IMG/VR virus record: IMGVR_UViG_3300011337_000467
Location: 31,723-95,722 of that record
Direction: 5' to 3' (one strand)
Source: a virus
Taxonomy: Duplodnaviria > Heunggongvirae > Uroviricota > Caudoviricetes
DNA length: 64,000 nt
Part shown: positions 47,259 through 56,541 of the stretch, one piece after another
Layout: the number at the start of each line of letters is the position of its first letter
How positions within the stretch are numbered: position 1 is the first letter of the stretch
Notes under the pieces: model-generated
The model's input: only the letters and a program-made list of their open reading frames with translations
Database searches by the model: none
What the model was told of the DNA's origin: nothing
Program-made: the position numbers and the translations under genes

Positions 47259-47731
47259 TATTCAATCACATTAAAGACCTCAAAGCCGAAGGTAAAAAAA
47301 TCGGCATCACATTCAGTCAATTTGACATGCTACATGCAGGACACATTGCCATGTTGGCTGAAGCAAAAAATCATTGCGATTATCTAATTGTAGGCCTGCA
47401 AACAGATGCCAGCATTGACCGACCGGGAATTAAAAATCCCCCTGTGCAAAGCATTGTGGAACGCCAGATACAATTGAGTGCATGTAGATTTGTAGACGAA
47501 ATTGTTGTGTACACTACCGAACAAGACCTAATTGACTTGATACTAACCTTGCCAATCGATGTACGCATACTTGGTCGAGAATATGAAGATACTAACTTTA
47601 CTGGTCGCAATGAAGGTGCTGGGCAACACATTGAGCATGTGTTTAACAGCAGAGATCATTCATTCTCAAGTTCAAGCCTGCGCAAGCGTGTGGTGGCTGC
47701 CGAAACAGAAAAAGTATTACTACAACGATGA
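47255..47731 (+). CDS. Cytidylyltransferase-fold sugar-phosphate nucleotidyltransferase (RfaE domain II / TagD-like)
   Basis: 'IGITFSQFDMLHAGHIAMLAEAKNHCDYLIVGL' matches the GTFDxxHxGH...YLIVG signature. ATGA overlap upstream. Confidence 0.65.
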   Translation: MIFNHIKDLKAEGKKIGITFSQFDMLHAGHIAMLAEAKNHCDYLIVGLQTDASIDRPGIKNPPVQSIVERQIQLSACRFVDEIVVYTTEQDLIDLILTLPIDVRILGREYEDTNFTGRNEGAGQHIEHVFNSRDHSFSSSSLRKRVVAAETEKVLLQR

Positions 47732-48456
47732 TATTATATGTAAATGGATGCAGTCACACAGCGGCTGCAGAAGCAGTGGTTCCTGATGCGTTTGCTGTGG
47801 ATGATGGCCGATACGGCATTGACCGCCGCCCTCATCCCATCAACTTGGAAGCCAGCTGGGGCAAGAATTTGAGTCGATTGCTCAACACTGAATTTTACTG
47901 TGATGCCGAAACAGCAGCCAGCAATGATCGTATACTGCGCACTACTACAGATTGGATTCACAACAATTATAGCCGCTTGTATGATACTGTGATGGTGATT
48001 CAATGGACCACATGGGAACGAGAAGAATGGGTGTTCGAAGGCAAGCACTATCAAGTAAATGCCAGTGGTGTAGACATGGTGCCACCAGAACTTGAAGCTA
48101 GATATCGTCAGTACATTTTGGATGTGAATTGGAATCAAAAAACAGATGAGTGGCACAATAAAATCTGGCATCTGCATTGTCGACTAAAAGACCTTAATGT
48201 GCGGCATCTTTTCTACAGCGGTAACAGCACATTCAGTGATATGCCAAATCAAAGAGATTGGCAAAATCACTACATCCAACCTTACTCAAGAGAACACAGT
48301 TGGAATGCCATACTAAAAAACAACGGATTCGAACATGTGAATCCCAAAAGTTATCACTTTGGAGCCAATGGTCATAGATTTTGGTCGGAATATGTGTTAC
48401 AATACTTAAAGCAACACAAACTTCTGGACCGATTTGATGAAATATCTACTGATTGA
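47728..48456 (+). CDS. SGNH/GDSL-like hydrolase (paralogue of 18323..19132)
   Basis: 'ILYVNGCSHT' N-terminal block and a C-terminal 'GANGHRFW' His block. ATGA overlap upstream. Confidence 0.35.
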   Translation: MILYVNGCSHTAAAEAVVPDAFAVDDGRYGIDRRPHPINLEASWGKNLSRLLNTEFYCDAETAASNDRILRTTTDWIHNNYSRLYDTVMVIQWTTWEREEWVFEGKHYQVNASGVDMVPPELEARYRQYILDVNWNQKTDEWHNKIWHLHCRLKDLNVRHLFYSGNSTFSDMPNQRDWQNHYIQPYSREHSWNAILKNNGFEHVNPKSYHFGANGHRFWSEYVLQYLKQHKLLDRFDEISTD

Positions 48457-49471
48457 TACTGCCAACATGTTCTTCCGTGCCCGCCATTCGGCGCACAGGG
48501 CTAGCGACACATGGACTAAATTAGGCTTTGCACTGCACTTGACCATGATGAGTGCTAATAAAGTAGCTAGACGTTTTGGTGTAGACCATGTGGTTTTTGC
48601 ATTGGAAGGACGCAGCTGGCGCAAAGACCACTACAAACCCTACAAAGCCAATCGTGCTGTGGCACGTGGTGCCATGAGCGAAACTGAAGCAGAAGAGGAC
48701 AAGTTGTTTTGGGAAACCTATGATGAACTGACTAAATACTTGTCTGAGAAAACAAATTGTAGCGTGATCCGTTGCGCAACAGCAGAAGCGGACGATATCA
48801 TAGGCCGCTGGATTGCACTACACCCCCAAGATGAACATATTATCGTTAGCAGTGATTCAGACTTCGTTCAGTTGGTTGCACCAAATGTGCAATTGTACAA
48901 TGGCATAAACGATCACCTGTTCAGTGTTAATGGCGTAACAGATGCCAAAGGCAACAAATTGAGCTTTACAATTGAAAGCAATTCCAAGATCAAAGTAGGC
49001 AAAGCTGATAAAGACTTTGTGGCTCCAACTGACTATCAGAAGTGGGTGTTGTTCTTGAAATGTGTACGCGGTGATCCCGGCGACAATGTGTTCTCGGCAT
49101 ACCCTGGTGCACCAGTTAAAGGCACAAAGAATCGTGTGGGCATTACAGAAGCATTTGAAGATCGCAACAAAAAAGGCTACAATTGGAACAATCTCATGTT
49201 GCAACGTTGGACTGACCACGAAGAAAAAGAACACAAGGTGCTTGACGACTACGAACGTAATGTCACACTGATTGACCTCACTGCACAACCACAAGAAGTG
49301 AAAGATACTGTGGATGCTGTGATCAGTGAACAAGTCAGTGCTAAAGACACGGGCATGGTGGGCGCACACTTTCTTAAATTCTGTGGCAAGTATGAACTCA
49401 CCAAGCTGAGTGACCAAGCAGAGCCAATTGGTCGCTGGCTGAATCAAACATATCAAGGAGTGTTAAAATGA
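48434..49471 (+). CDS. Flap endonuclease / 5'-3' exonuclease (T4 RNase H / T5 D15-like)
   Basis: 'LLIDTANMFFRA', 'YKANR', 'AEADDIIG' and 'SSDSDFVQL' match FEN-family metal-binding blocks. Confidence 0.75.
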   Translation: MMKYLLIDTANMFFRARHSAHRASDTWTKLGFALHLTMMSANKVARRFGVDHVVFALEGRSWRKDHYKPYKANRAVARGAMSETEAEEDKLFWETYDELTKYLSEKTNCSVIRCATAEADDIIGRWIALHPQDEHIIVSSDSDFVQLVAPNVQLYNGINDHLFSVNGVTDAKGNKLSFTIESNSKIKVGKADKDFVAPTDYQKWVLFLKCVRGDPGDNVFSAYPGAPVKGTKNRVGITEAFEDRNKKGYNWNNLMLQRWTDHEEKEHKVLDDYERNVTLIDLTAQPQEVKDTVDAVISEQVSAKDTGMVGAHFLKFCGKYELTKLSDQAEPIGRWLNQTYQGVLK

Positions 49472-49914
49472 TAGTAGCAAAACCAGTAATTGACAATCAA
49501 TACTGGATTCTCAAACAAAACAATCAAAAGATTGGTAACATTGAGGCCAGTGCAGATGGTTATGTTGTAAAAATACAAAATCAAGTATCCAATTACAAGA
49601 CCATGCCCATGGTTAGAGAAGTGATTGACATCACTTTTGAACCTTCCGAAACAGTCACCCCACCACCTAATGATTCAGTTCACGGTTATGAAACCGGGTG
49701 TAAGACCTACAATGGATTGTGGAATGTGAGACTGAAGTTGCCGCTGTTTACCAAACAAGAGAAATCCAAGTCATGGTTCGCAGCCGGATGGTACACAGTA
49801 AAACAACATCGCTCATGGAAGATTGTGCGCAACCCTAAACTGATTGCACTTGATCGTTACAAGTATCAAGGACCATTTTACACCAAGGAGCTGGCTAGTG
49901 AATCCCTTTCGTGA
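49468..49914 (+). CDS. Hypothetical protein
   Basis: ATGA overlap with the FEN gene; 148 aa. Confidence 0.4.
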   Translation: MIVAKPVIDNQYWILKQNNQKIGNIEASADGYVVKIQNQVSNYKTMPMVREVIDITFEPSETVTPPPNDSVHGYETGCKTYNGLWNVRLKLPLFTKQEKSKSWFAAGWYTVKQHRSWKIVRNPKLIALDRYKYQGPFYTKELASESLS

Positions 49915-49927
49915 TCAAGAAAAATTT

Positions 49928-50263
49928 ATGAAGGCTTGTGACCAAAGCGTTGACAAATTTAATGGCACACAGTTTGATATGTACTGTGCTCTCATCGAAG
50001 AAGAACACAAAGAGCTCAAGGTTGCTCTTGCCGAGGACGACGAAGTTGAAATAGTCGATGCGTTGCTGGATATCCTTGTTGTTACAATTGGTGCATTACA
50101 CAGCTATGGTGCTGATGCCGAAGGTGGCTGGAAGGAAGTCATGACCACAAACTTTGCCAAGATCGACAAAGAAACAGGCAAGGTTCGCAAGCGCGAAGAT
50201 GGTAAGGTACTCAAGCCAGTAGGCTGGACTCCTCCTAATTTAGAACCATATCTTAAAAAATGA
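49928..50263 (+). CDS. MazG-like nucleoside triphosphate pyrophosphohydrolase
   Basis: 'CALIEEEHKELKVALAEDDEVEIVDALLDILVVTIGAL' matches the MazG/HisE EExxE...D core. Start chosen at the first ATG after the upstream stop. Confidence 0.6.
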   Translation: MKACDQSVDKFNGTQFDMYCALIEEEHKELKVALAEDDEVEIVDALLDILVVTIGALHSYGADAEGGWKEVMTTNFAKIDKETGKVRKREDGKVLKPVGWTPPNLEPYLKK

Positions 50264-50472
50264 GTTTGCACATCAATCGGTTTATTGACTCAATCAAGGC
50301 AGCAGAAAGCCGTGGACAGAAAGATCTTATCATGTCCGTGCGTGATGCCAAAGACTTGCATGGTGATATAACCAAGTTGTTGTTGGCGCTAGAACAATCA
50401 CGCAGAGAACAGGCCAGGCAAAATGAGCCAATTGAGGTAGTTTTGTCAGGTGGCAGTTTTAAATCTGCATAG
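50260..50472 (+). CDS. Small hypothetical protein
   Basis: ATGA overlap upstream; 70 aa. Confidence 0.35.
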   Translation: MSLHINRFIDSIKAAESRGQKDLIMSVRDAKDLHGDITKLLLALEQSRREQARQNEPIEVVLSGGSFKSA

Positions 50473-50503
50473 TTATTGGGATAAATAAACACGGAGTTTA
50501 TCT

Positions 50504-50791
50504 ATGTCACGACCCAAGCCACAGGTGTTAATTGAAATCACCAACAAACAAACTTACAAGACCGAGCAAGTGTTGGCCTCGGAAGGCGTATGGGCAGTTT
50601 TTTACGAAAACAAACCAATCAACTTAAAAACTTCAAATATGCTTACTCAGTATCCTGGTCCTAAGTACAAAAAAGTCTCATTCTCAAATCCTGGACATGC
50701 CAAAAATCTGGCTCGCAAACTTAACACACAGTTTCAAACCACAAAGTTTTCAGTAGTGTTGTTGACTACTGGTGATAAAATTTATCCATAA
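50504..50791 (+). CDS. Hypothetical protein
   Basis: 95-aa ORF with a GGAG Shine-Dalgarno upstream. Confidence 0.4.
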   Translation: MSRPKPQVLIEITNKQTYKTEQVLASEGVWAVFYENKPINLKTSNMLTQYPGPKYKKVSFSNPGHAKNLARKLNTQFQTTKFSVVLLTTGDKIYP

Positions 50792-50794
50792 CGT

Positions 50795-51820
50795 ATGTTT
50801 GACAAATGGCCGACCAAACTTAATATCGAGTTGTCAACAGCCTGTAACGCAGCCTGTCCGCAGTGTTCTAGATATCTAGATGATGATCCAGAACTTGGTA
50901 TTGTAGAAAATCCTAACTTACCACAAAACACATTGACCTTGGATGTGTTAAAAACTTTGATAGATCATGAATGGTTAAAACAAGCCAAGCATGTTAAATT
51001 CGAAGGCACTCATGGCGAACCAACCATGGCCAAAGATTGCACTGACATACTCAGATGGTTTAGAGAAGTAAATCCCACTGTTACCTTTGCATTGCATACC
51101 AATGGTAGTACAAGAAATAAAGAATGGTGGCGCGAGCTTGCACAATTTTTTCAATACAATCCGGAACGACGCAGTACAGTGACTTTTAGTTTGGATGGCA
51201 TAGAAGATACCAATCACATATATCGTCGACGCACTGTGTGGAAAAAGATCATGGAAAATGCTCAGGCATTCATTGATGCTGGTGGGGTGGCTGTGTGGGA
51301 TATGATTGTATTTGAACACAACGAGCATCAAGTGTTGAAGGCGCGGAAGTTGGCCAAGAGCATGGGATTTTATTCATTCGGGGTCAAAGTCAGTCAGCGA
51401 ACTCTTATTAGGCCAATTGAATGGCTCAAGCAACCCAAAACTTGGAAAGAAAATCAAGGCACTGGCACGGTCAAAATTAATTGCATAGGCAAGCAATTTG
51501 ATGAGTTGTTTTTAAGTGCCAACGGACTTTATATGCCGTGTTGTTTTATCAACGAAAATGCATACGGTCCTGCTATGCCTTCAACACAAAAAGAAATTGA
51601 AGAAGTGCTAGGAGATTTTTCTCAATATCACAGCAGTCACGGACTTGATCATGCTCTTGAATTATTTCATCGTGTGAGTGATCGGTGGGAAACCAATCCC
51701 ATGGAAATTTGCAAAAATATGTGTGGCAATGGCCATTGGCCGGACCGAATGCAACAAAAACAAGTGACTGAAGCATGGCCCGAACGGTTCCAAGCACAAC
51801 ACAATCAACCTACTTTGTAA
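50795..51820 (+). CDS. Radical SAM enzyme (subfamily B; C-terminal Cys-rich extension), paralogue of 21061..22125
   Basis: 'IELSTACNAACPQC' near the N-terminus. Blocks 'HTNGSTRNKEWW', 'DGIEDTNHIYRRR', 'DAGGVAVW' and 'PCCF' align with the minus-strand paralogue. Confidence 0.6.
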   Translation: MFDKWPTKLNIELSTACNAACPQCSRYLDDDPELGIVENPNLPQNTLTLDVLKTLIDHEWLKQAKHVKFEGTHGEPTMAKDCTDILRWFREVNPTVTFALHTNGSTRNKEWWRELAQFFQYNPERRSTVTFSLDGIEDTNHIYRRRTVWKKIMENAQAFIDAGGVAVWDMIVFEHNEHQVLKARKLAKSMGFYSFGVKVSQRTLIRPIEWLKQPKTWKENQGTGTVKINCIGKQFDELFLSANGLYMPCCFINENAYGPAMPSTQKEIEEVLGDFSQYHSSHGLDHALELFHRVSDRWETNPMEICKNMCGNGHWPDRMQQKQVTEAWPERFQAQHNQPTL

Positions 51821-51824
51821 GTCG

Positions 51825-52190
51825 GTGATCACCAAAGAAGAAATTACACAGAAAATTCTCCAAGGTCTTCCTGAAGAAGATCGTCCCACTTATGAAGAAG
51901 CGTGTAAATCATGGTGGATGAACTTTAGAGAAGGCGGCGGGTTTAGACTGACCAATGCTGGATACATGGCCTTGAGCACATGGAAGTTTGAAACATACTC
52001 ATTTGCTGTTCCGACTAACATAGTTGCTATTGCTAGACATTTGCTGACCTTGGACAAAAAGTTGGATTGTCCTTACTACATCAAAATTGGCAAGAATCCG
52101 CAAATTGTTCTGTTTGGCAGCCAGCAGGCAGTGATGTTAGCCATGTACAACGACTTGGAAAAATGGTTAAAGTATCTTAATCGCACATGA
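51825..52190 (+). CDS. Hypothetical protein
   Basis: 121 aa. Its 3' end overlaps the convergent minus-strand gene by 24 nt. Confidence 0.4.
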   Translation: MITKEEITQKILQGLPEEDRPTYEEACKSWWMNFREGGGFRLTNAGYMALSTWKFETYSFAVPTNIVAIARHLLTLDKKLDCPYYIKIGKNPQIVLFGSQQAVMLAMYNDLEKWLKYLNRT

Positions 52191-53114
52191 TTGTGCCTGG
52201 CGTACAAAATTTGCTCGTATCCAATTAGGGTACACATCAAGCACAAATTGTTTTTGATGTTGCAATCGTTCTTGGTATGGCTTGAGATCAATATTGCCTA
52301 GTATTAACTCTTTATTAAGTTTTAATGCTTCTTCGACTCTACGGTCATTGGGCAACCAATCATACGACGTGTTTACTAAATCTTCAAACATATCAAATCC
52401 AAGTTCTCGACAGTCTTGCACAATACCCGGATGTCCAATCAAAATAGGTATCTGTCCGGCAATCATTGCCTGCAATGTTTTTTCAGTTATTATGCCGGGT
52501 CGGTCTTCATACTGTGTTTCTGTAACAATGTTTACAGAGCACTGAGAATACAATGGTGCTAGACGCACAAAGTTTTTGTCATTTTCAGTACCGCGATAGC
52601 TAGAATAGTTCCATTGGTCAAGTAATATTTCGTCCCCATAACTTAAAATACCATCTGGCCAGGTTTTAAGAATGTTTACTACTTGCAATCTGTGATTGCA
52701 TTTTCTACCATTCAGACATTGCCAGGCCATGGATCTAGGTTGTTCAAAGTGATATTGCCATTCTGTTTGTCGTTTTCTAATAGTCTCGCAGGTTGCTAGA
52801 TTATGATTGCTAAACTCAATAAGATTGATAGGCCCAGAGTACAGCTGATCTAGCCCATGACTCCAATATGTTACCACCACTTGATTAGAATGCTGACCAT
52901 AGTGTGATTGTACTTGTGCTAATTCTGTTAATCCTGGAGTAACAAAGTCTTGAAAGTGTAGCAGTATCAACGTGCGTGGACCAAACTCAACATTGGGCAA
53001 TCGAAGAGGCCAGCCAGATTGTGAGTTGTAAGGGGGTTGAAAACAGTTGTATTCAGCCACAAGTTCTACACCCAATTGATCAAATGTATGGGCAATTAAT
53101 TCAGCATAGTTCAC
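52167..53114 (-). CDS. GT10-like (fucosyltransferase-family) glycosyltransferase, paralogue 2
   Basis: 'GIITEKTLQAMIAGQIPILIGHPGIVQDCRELGFDMFEDLVNTSYD' is close to the GT10 'YxTEK...IPV..G' C-terminal motif. Confidence 0.45.
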   Translation of the reverse strand: MNYAELIAHTFDQLGVELVAEYNCFQPPYNSQSGWPLRLPNVEFGPRTLILLHFQDFVTPGLTELAQVQSHYGQHSNQVVVTYWSHGLDQLYSGPINLIEFSNHNLATCETIRKRQTEWQYHFEQPRSMAWQCLNGRKCNHRLQVVNILKTWPDGILSYGDEILLDQWNYSSYRGTENDKNFVRLAPLYSQCSVNIVTETQYEDRPGIITEKTLQAMIAGQIPILIGHPGIVQDCRELGFDMFEDLVNTSYDWLPNDRRVEEALKLNKELILGNIDLKPYQERLQHQKQFVLDVYPNWIRANFVRQAQSCAIKIL

Positions 53115-53133
53115 AGGAGTATTTACTAAGTAT

Positions 53134-53844
53134 TTGATGTACTGGAATAATCCGTTAATTGAAGCACATTTTCCCGGCGACCAAGATCCTGTTCATGACA
53201 GTTTACACAATGGCACACATTGTTTATTTTGGAATCCAACCGCAGAATTTCAAAACTTACCAACCAACCAACGACTTGGTGAACTGTGCAGATGGGCCAT
53301 GGAATGGCTTGATCACGACGGCATAGATGGGTTTGCTGCCGATGCTCGCAATCATTATGATATTGCTAACTTGGTCAAATTGAATCTGTGGATACATGAT
53401 ATTCGAACACAAGGTATTGTGAAACCTTGGTTGTTGCTGGATCAAGATGGTACACTAGTCCCTGGTACCGGGGACAGTAGATTGAGATGTCTGGAACGCA
53501 TACCAGAAATTCAAACTGTACCAGCATTCATAAGCACACATGTCAACAGAGCCGATCAGTATCAGCATCTTGAGCCTGTGACCACGTTGGATCAGTTTGC
53601 TCGATTATGCGGAGCACGGCCTGGACAGTTGTTTACTTTTAGGCTGACAGATTCCGCTGCACCATTTGGCATGTACTGGTACGAATACAACAGTGACCAG
53701 ACCAGATGGGTCACACCTAATGAATCAGATTGTGTGCAGGCCTTTGTGGCCTATGCCCATGCTCATCCAGAAATTGTTATTACTCCTGAGTGGTTTGATC
53801 ACGTGATTGACTGGAATCAATACCACAATATTGTAAAAAAGTAG
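53134..53844 (+). CDS. Hypothetical protein
   Basis: 236 aa, divergent from the minus-strand GT gene. Its 3' end overlaps the asparagine-synthetase stop region. Confidence 0.4.
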   Translation: MMYWNNPLIEAHFPGDQDPVHDSLHNGTHCLFWNPTAEFQNLPTNQRLGELCRWAMEWLDHDGIDGFAADARNHYDIANLVKLNLWIHDIRTQGIVKPWLLLDQDGTLVPGTGDSRLRCLERIPEIQTVPAFISTHVNRADQYQHLEPVTTLDQFARLCGARPGQLFTFRLTDSAAPFGMYWYEYNSDQTRWVTPNESDCVQAFVAYAHAHPEIVITPEWFDHVIDWNQYHNIVKK

Positions 53845-55315
53845 CCAACTGAATCTGTTTCCACTGTTCAGATCGATCAAGAGATGCAGGCACATGTACC
53901 CCCATCCAAGGCAAACTGTCGTTGCAGTGTCCTGCAAATCCTTGTTTGGGCAACAGTAAATCTCTAGGCCATTTTTCTAAAAACTTGTTTTGTAATAATG
54001 GTTTGCCTTGCCTCAAGTGCCAAGGTAAGTTAAGAGCAAACTTTATAATCTTAGGATGCATGAATGGCGAACGCGGTTCTATACTGTGTGCCATGGTCAT
54101 GGTATCTACGCCACGTGCATCAACTGCTGTGATCTGCACAAGGTAATCCATTAGTAGTGTGGCAGCACCTGCATGCCCTTGTGACGCAGACACACACTGA
54201 TCCCAAAGACGTTGACTGTCTGTGTCTGATGGATCAAAACAACTGTAAGGACTTGCAGATGTTTTGATGTCAAATGCCATGTTGCGATACACAGGATATC
54301 CGCCAAATAATTCATCAGCGGCTATGCCAGTAAACAAGATACGTTGTTGACAGTGATGAGCAATGTGCCATTGGCCAACAAAACTCCAACTCTGCACAGG
54401 CATTTGTGAACACTCAATGATGTCAACATAGTCCTGTGCCCAGTCACGTTCGGTCATGGGCAACTCAGTGAGATTTTGACATTGTTGATCAGTTAAGAAA
54501 TCTCTAATTCTCATGCTCACAGTGTCTTTGCCTTCACACACTGTGGTATACAATCCCGCAAACTCCGGCATGGCAGCCAGTATGATTCCAGAGTCCACGC
54601 CACCACTAAAGGTCAATCCTGCAGGTTCCGTAGGGCGCATGTCTGCTATGACCTTGTTAAATATCCAATCAAATTCTTCTTGAGCTTCTGAGTCACTCAT
54701 AGACTGTGGTGCTTGGACCCAGTCAAACATGCTGTCAAGCTGAAAACTCAAGCCAGTTTCGGTATACAATCGACCTGGTTCACAGCGTTCAATGCCCTGA
54801 TAAGGTGTGCGGCGTATGGTAGGCCAGTGCTTTTGACTCCATGCGTCAACTTGAATTTTGGGCTGTGTATAACACAAGATTGCCGACACTTCACTACTAA
54901 CAATCAAAATATCATCGTCTTGATATCGATACAAACAACGCTCGCCTTGTGGATCTGTTGCAAATCTCACTGACTCAAAATCAGTGTACACCCAAGCCCA
55001 AGGACCTTCAAAGTACGGAATCTTTTTGTAGTTTTGTTCTCGCACAGTGCGATACACTAATTCTGTGTCTGTAGTGTATCGGCCAAACCAACGATAGTTA
55101 TAAACTTCACCATTGTAGGCCAAGAAGTCTGATCGTGGTCGATGATAAAACTCATCTTCACCTGTGATATGTAACACAGTTTGCGCTATAAAAATATTGT
55201 CATGATGCTGGTAATGTGTGAAGTCTGGGCCACGAGCATGTATTTTATCAACTGCTTGTAGGTGTAGGTCAAGGTCAAGAGGCCGCTGACTTTTCACAAA
55301 CAATATGCCGCACAT
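53780..55315 (-). CDS. Asparagine synthetase (glutamine-hydrolysing) family amidotransferase
   Basis: N-terminal 'MCGI' Ntn nucleophile Cys2 and central 'LTFSGGVDSGIILA' PP-loop. 511 aa. Confidence 0.8.
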   Translation of the reverse strand: MCGILFVKSQRPLDLDLHLQAVDKIHARGPDFTHYQHHDNIFIAQTVLHITGEDEFYHRPRSDFLAYNGEVYNYRWFGRYTTDTELVYRTVREQNYKKIPYFEGPWAWVYTDFESVRFATDPQGERCLYRYQDDDILIVSSEVSAILCYTQPKIQVDAWSQKHWPTIRRTPYQGIERCEPGRLYTETGLSFQLDSMFDWVQAPQSMSDSEAQEEFDWIFNKVIADMRPTEPAGLTFSGGVDSGIILAAMPEFAGLYTTVCEGKDTVSMRIRDFLTDQQCQNLTELPMTERDWAQDYVDIIECSQMPVQSWSFVGQWHIAHHCQQRILFTGIAADELFGGYPVYRNMAFDIKTSASPYSCFDPSDTDSQRLWDQCVSASQGHAGAATLLMDYLVQITAVDARGVDTMTMAHSIEPRSPFMHPKIIKFALNLPWHLRQGKPLLQNKFLEKWPRDLLLPKQGFAGHCNDSLPWMGVHVPASLDRSEQWKQIQLATFLQYCGIDSSQSRDQTTQE

Positions 55316-56397
55316 TATTTTATTTTTTCAATTACACTGGGCCACCAGTTGGCAAAATCTGTAGGCCAGTTGGATTGCATTTGCGCTAATAAATTTTGGT
55401 TATGCTGTGCGGCTTGTTCACAGCGTTGAGATAGTTCAGGCCACGACGTAGCTTTAATCTTTTCGACAGCATCATGTCCTTCAAAGATAAAAACTACCAT
55501 TTTATCTCCAGGGTCAGCAGTTTTATTTTCAATTATACTATCATAGTCATGATTGATTAAGTCATGTAAAACATCAAATCCCAAACTGTGCAAGTATGCC
55601 ACAGTATGTTTGCCCGAATACACAATCCACGGCACAGGCAAACACAAAGCTCTAAACATTTTTTCACTGAGGGCTACAGTGGTATCCGAACTGTAAGTTT
55701 CTATTACAATATTAGCCCAGGCTTGTAAATGTGATTGTTTGTGTTCGAGATCATGATTACAAAACGGCATGTGTGGTAACAAGTCGTCATATACATGTTG
55801 ATAAACTTCTTGATACTGCAATTCCAATTGTTGCCATTGCTGTGTAAAATTTTCTTTCAATCCATTGACTGAACCGTTGTCGCCAGACCAGGACCAACAA
55901 TTAAAATTAATATAATCCAAATTGTCAACCTTGAATCCGTTAAGTGCCATTAACATAACACGGTTCCATATTTCTAATAATACCAACATACGTTTAGTAT
56001 CCAACCTGTTTACACTAAAATTAAAACGTCTGTCAGGGTTCCATTTTGCGTCAGACGGTGTATGATTGTATATGCCAAAAAAACTAGGAGGTAGTTGGCA
56101 CACTTGATATTGAGTTGGGACAGTAATGTAATTGTCTGTGATGACTACTGTGTCTTTATCAAAAAGATAAGGCAACGATGTGTTGTGATTTGTGCTACAG
56201 GTTGAAAAATCATCAACCAGGCATATCACAACTTGGCGTGTGCCACGTTGATAAACTTTATTATTGTCGCTTAGTGGTTCATATCCAAGTGATAACAAAT
56301 TGCTTCGAAAGAAATTCATGAGCATATTTTCATGCCAAATACATTGACTCTTTTGAAATATTTCTCCCTGATAAATTTGATGGTATAAATCTGTCAT
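55315..56397 (-). CDS. GT10-like (fucosyltransferase-family) glycosyltransferase, paralogue 3
   Basis: C-terminal 'LSEKMFRALCLPVPWIVYSGKHT...GFDVLHDLINHDYD' matches the paralogue motif. The long track ORF (to 56796) would overlap the plus-strand GIY-YIG gene, so the start was set at Met 'MTDLY' (56397). The start is uncertain. Confidence 0.4.
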   Translation of the reverse strand: MTDLYHQIYQGEIFQKSQCIWHENMLMNFFRSNLLSLGYEPLSDNNKVYQRGTRQVVICLVDDFSTCSTNHNTSLPYLFDKDTVVITDNYITVPTQYQVCQLPPSFFGIYNHTPSDAKWNPDRRFNFSVNRLDTKRMLVLLEIWNRVMLMALNGFKVDNLDYINFNCWSWSGDNGSVNGLKENFTQQWQQLELQYQEVYQHVYDDLLPHMPFCNHDLEHKQSHLQAWANIVIETYSSDTTVALSEKMFRALCLPVPWIVYSGKHTVAYLHSLGFDVLHDLINHDYDSIIENKTADPGDKMVVFIFEGHDAVEKIKATSWPELSQRCEQAAQHNQNLLAQMQSNWPTDFANWWPSVIEKIK

Positions 56398-56438
56398 GTC
56401 AATACTTAGTAACACCAATGACCCTGGGCTAAAATAGC

Positions 56439-56480
56439 AAAAAGTAGTACTTTTTACACCCAAAAAAGGTAGTACTTTTG
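56439..56480. promoter_or_regulatory. Two copies of an A5-GTAGTAC-T5 palindromic element (operator-like) in a divergent intergenic region
   Basis: AAAAAGTAGTACTTTTT (56439-56455) is a perfect 8+1+8 inverted repeat. A near copy, AAAAGGTAGTACTTTTG, lies at 56462-56480. Confidence 0.4.
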
Positions 56481-56506
56481 TTGTATTTTTGCAACAGACA
56501 TTTTGG

Positions 56507-56535
56507 TTGACGGAAAATGCCCGAAATGCTATAAT
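56507..56535 (+). promoter_or_regulatory. sigma70-type promoter (TTGACG-17-TATAAT) for the GIY-YIG gene
   Basis: TTGACG at 56507-56512, 17-nt spacer, TATAAT at 56530-56535. It shares the 17-mer TGCTATAATACACACAT with the promoter at 56868. Confidence 0.55.
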
Positions 56536-56541
56536 ACACAC

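Noticed and set aside
48857-49456. 199-aa minus-strand ORF antisense to the flap-endonuclease gene
   Set aside because: The plus-strand frame carries unmistakable FEN motifs (YKANR, EADD, SSDSDFVQL). The antisense frame has no motif and is Cys/Phe-rich shadow sequence.
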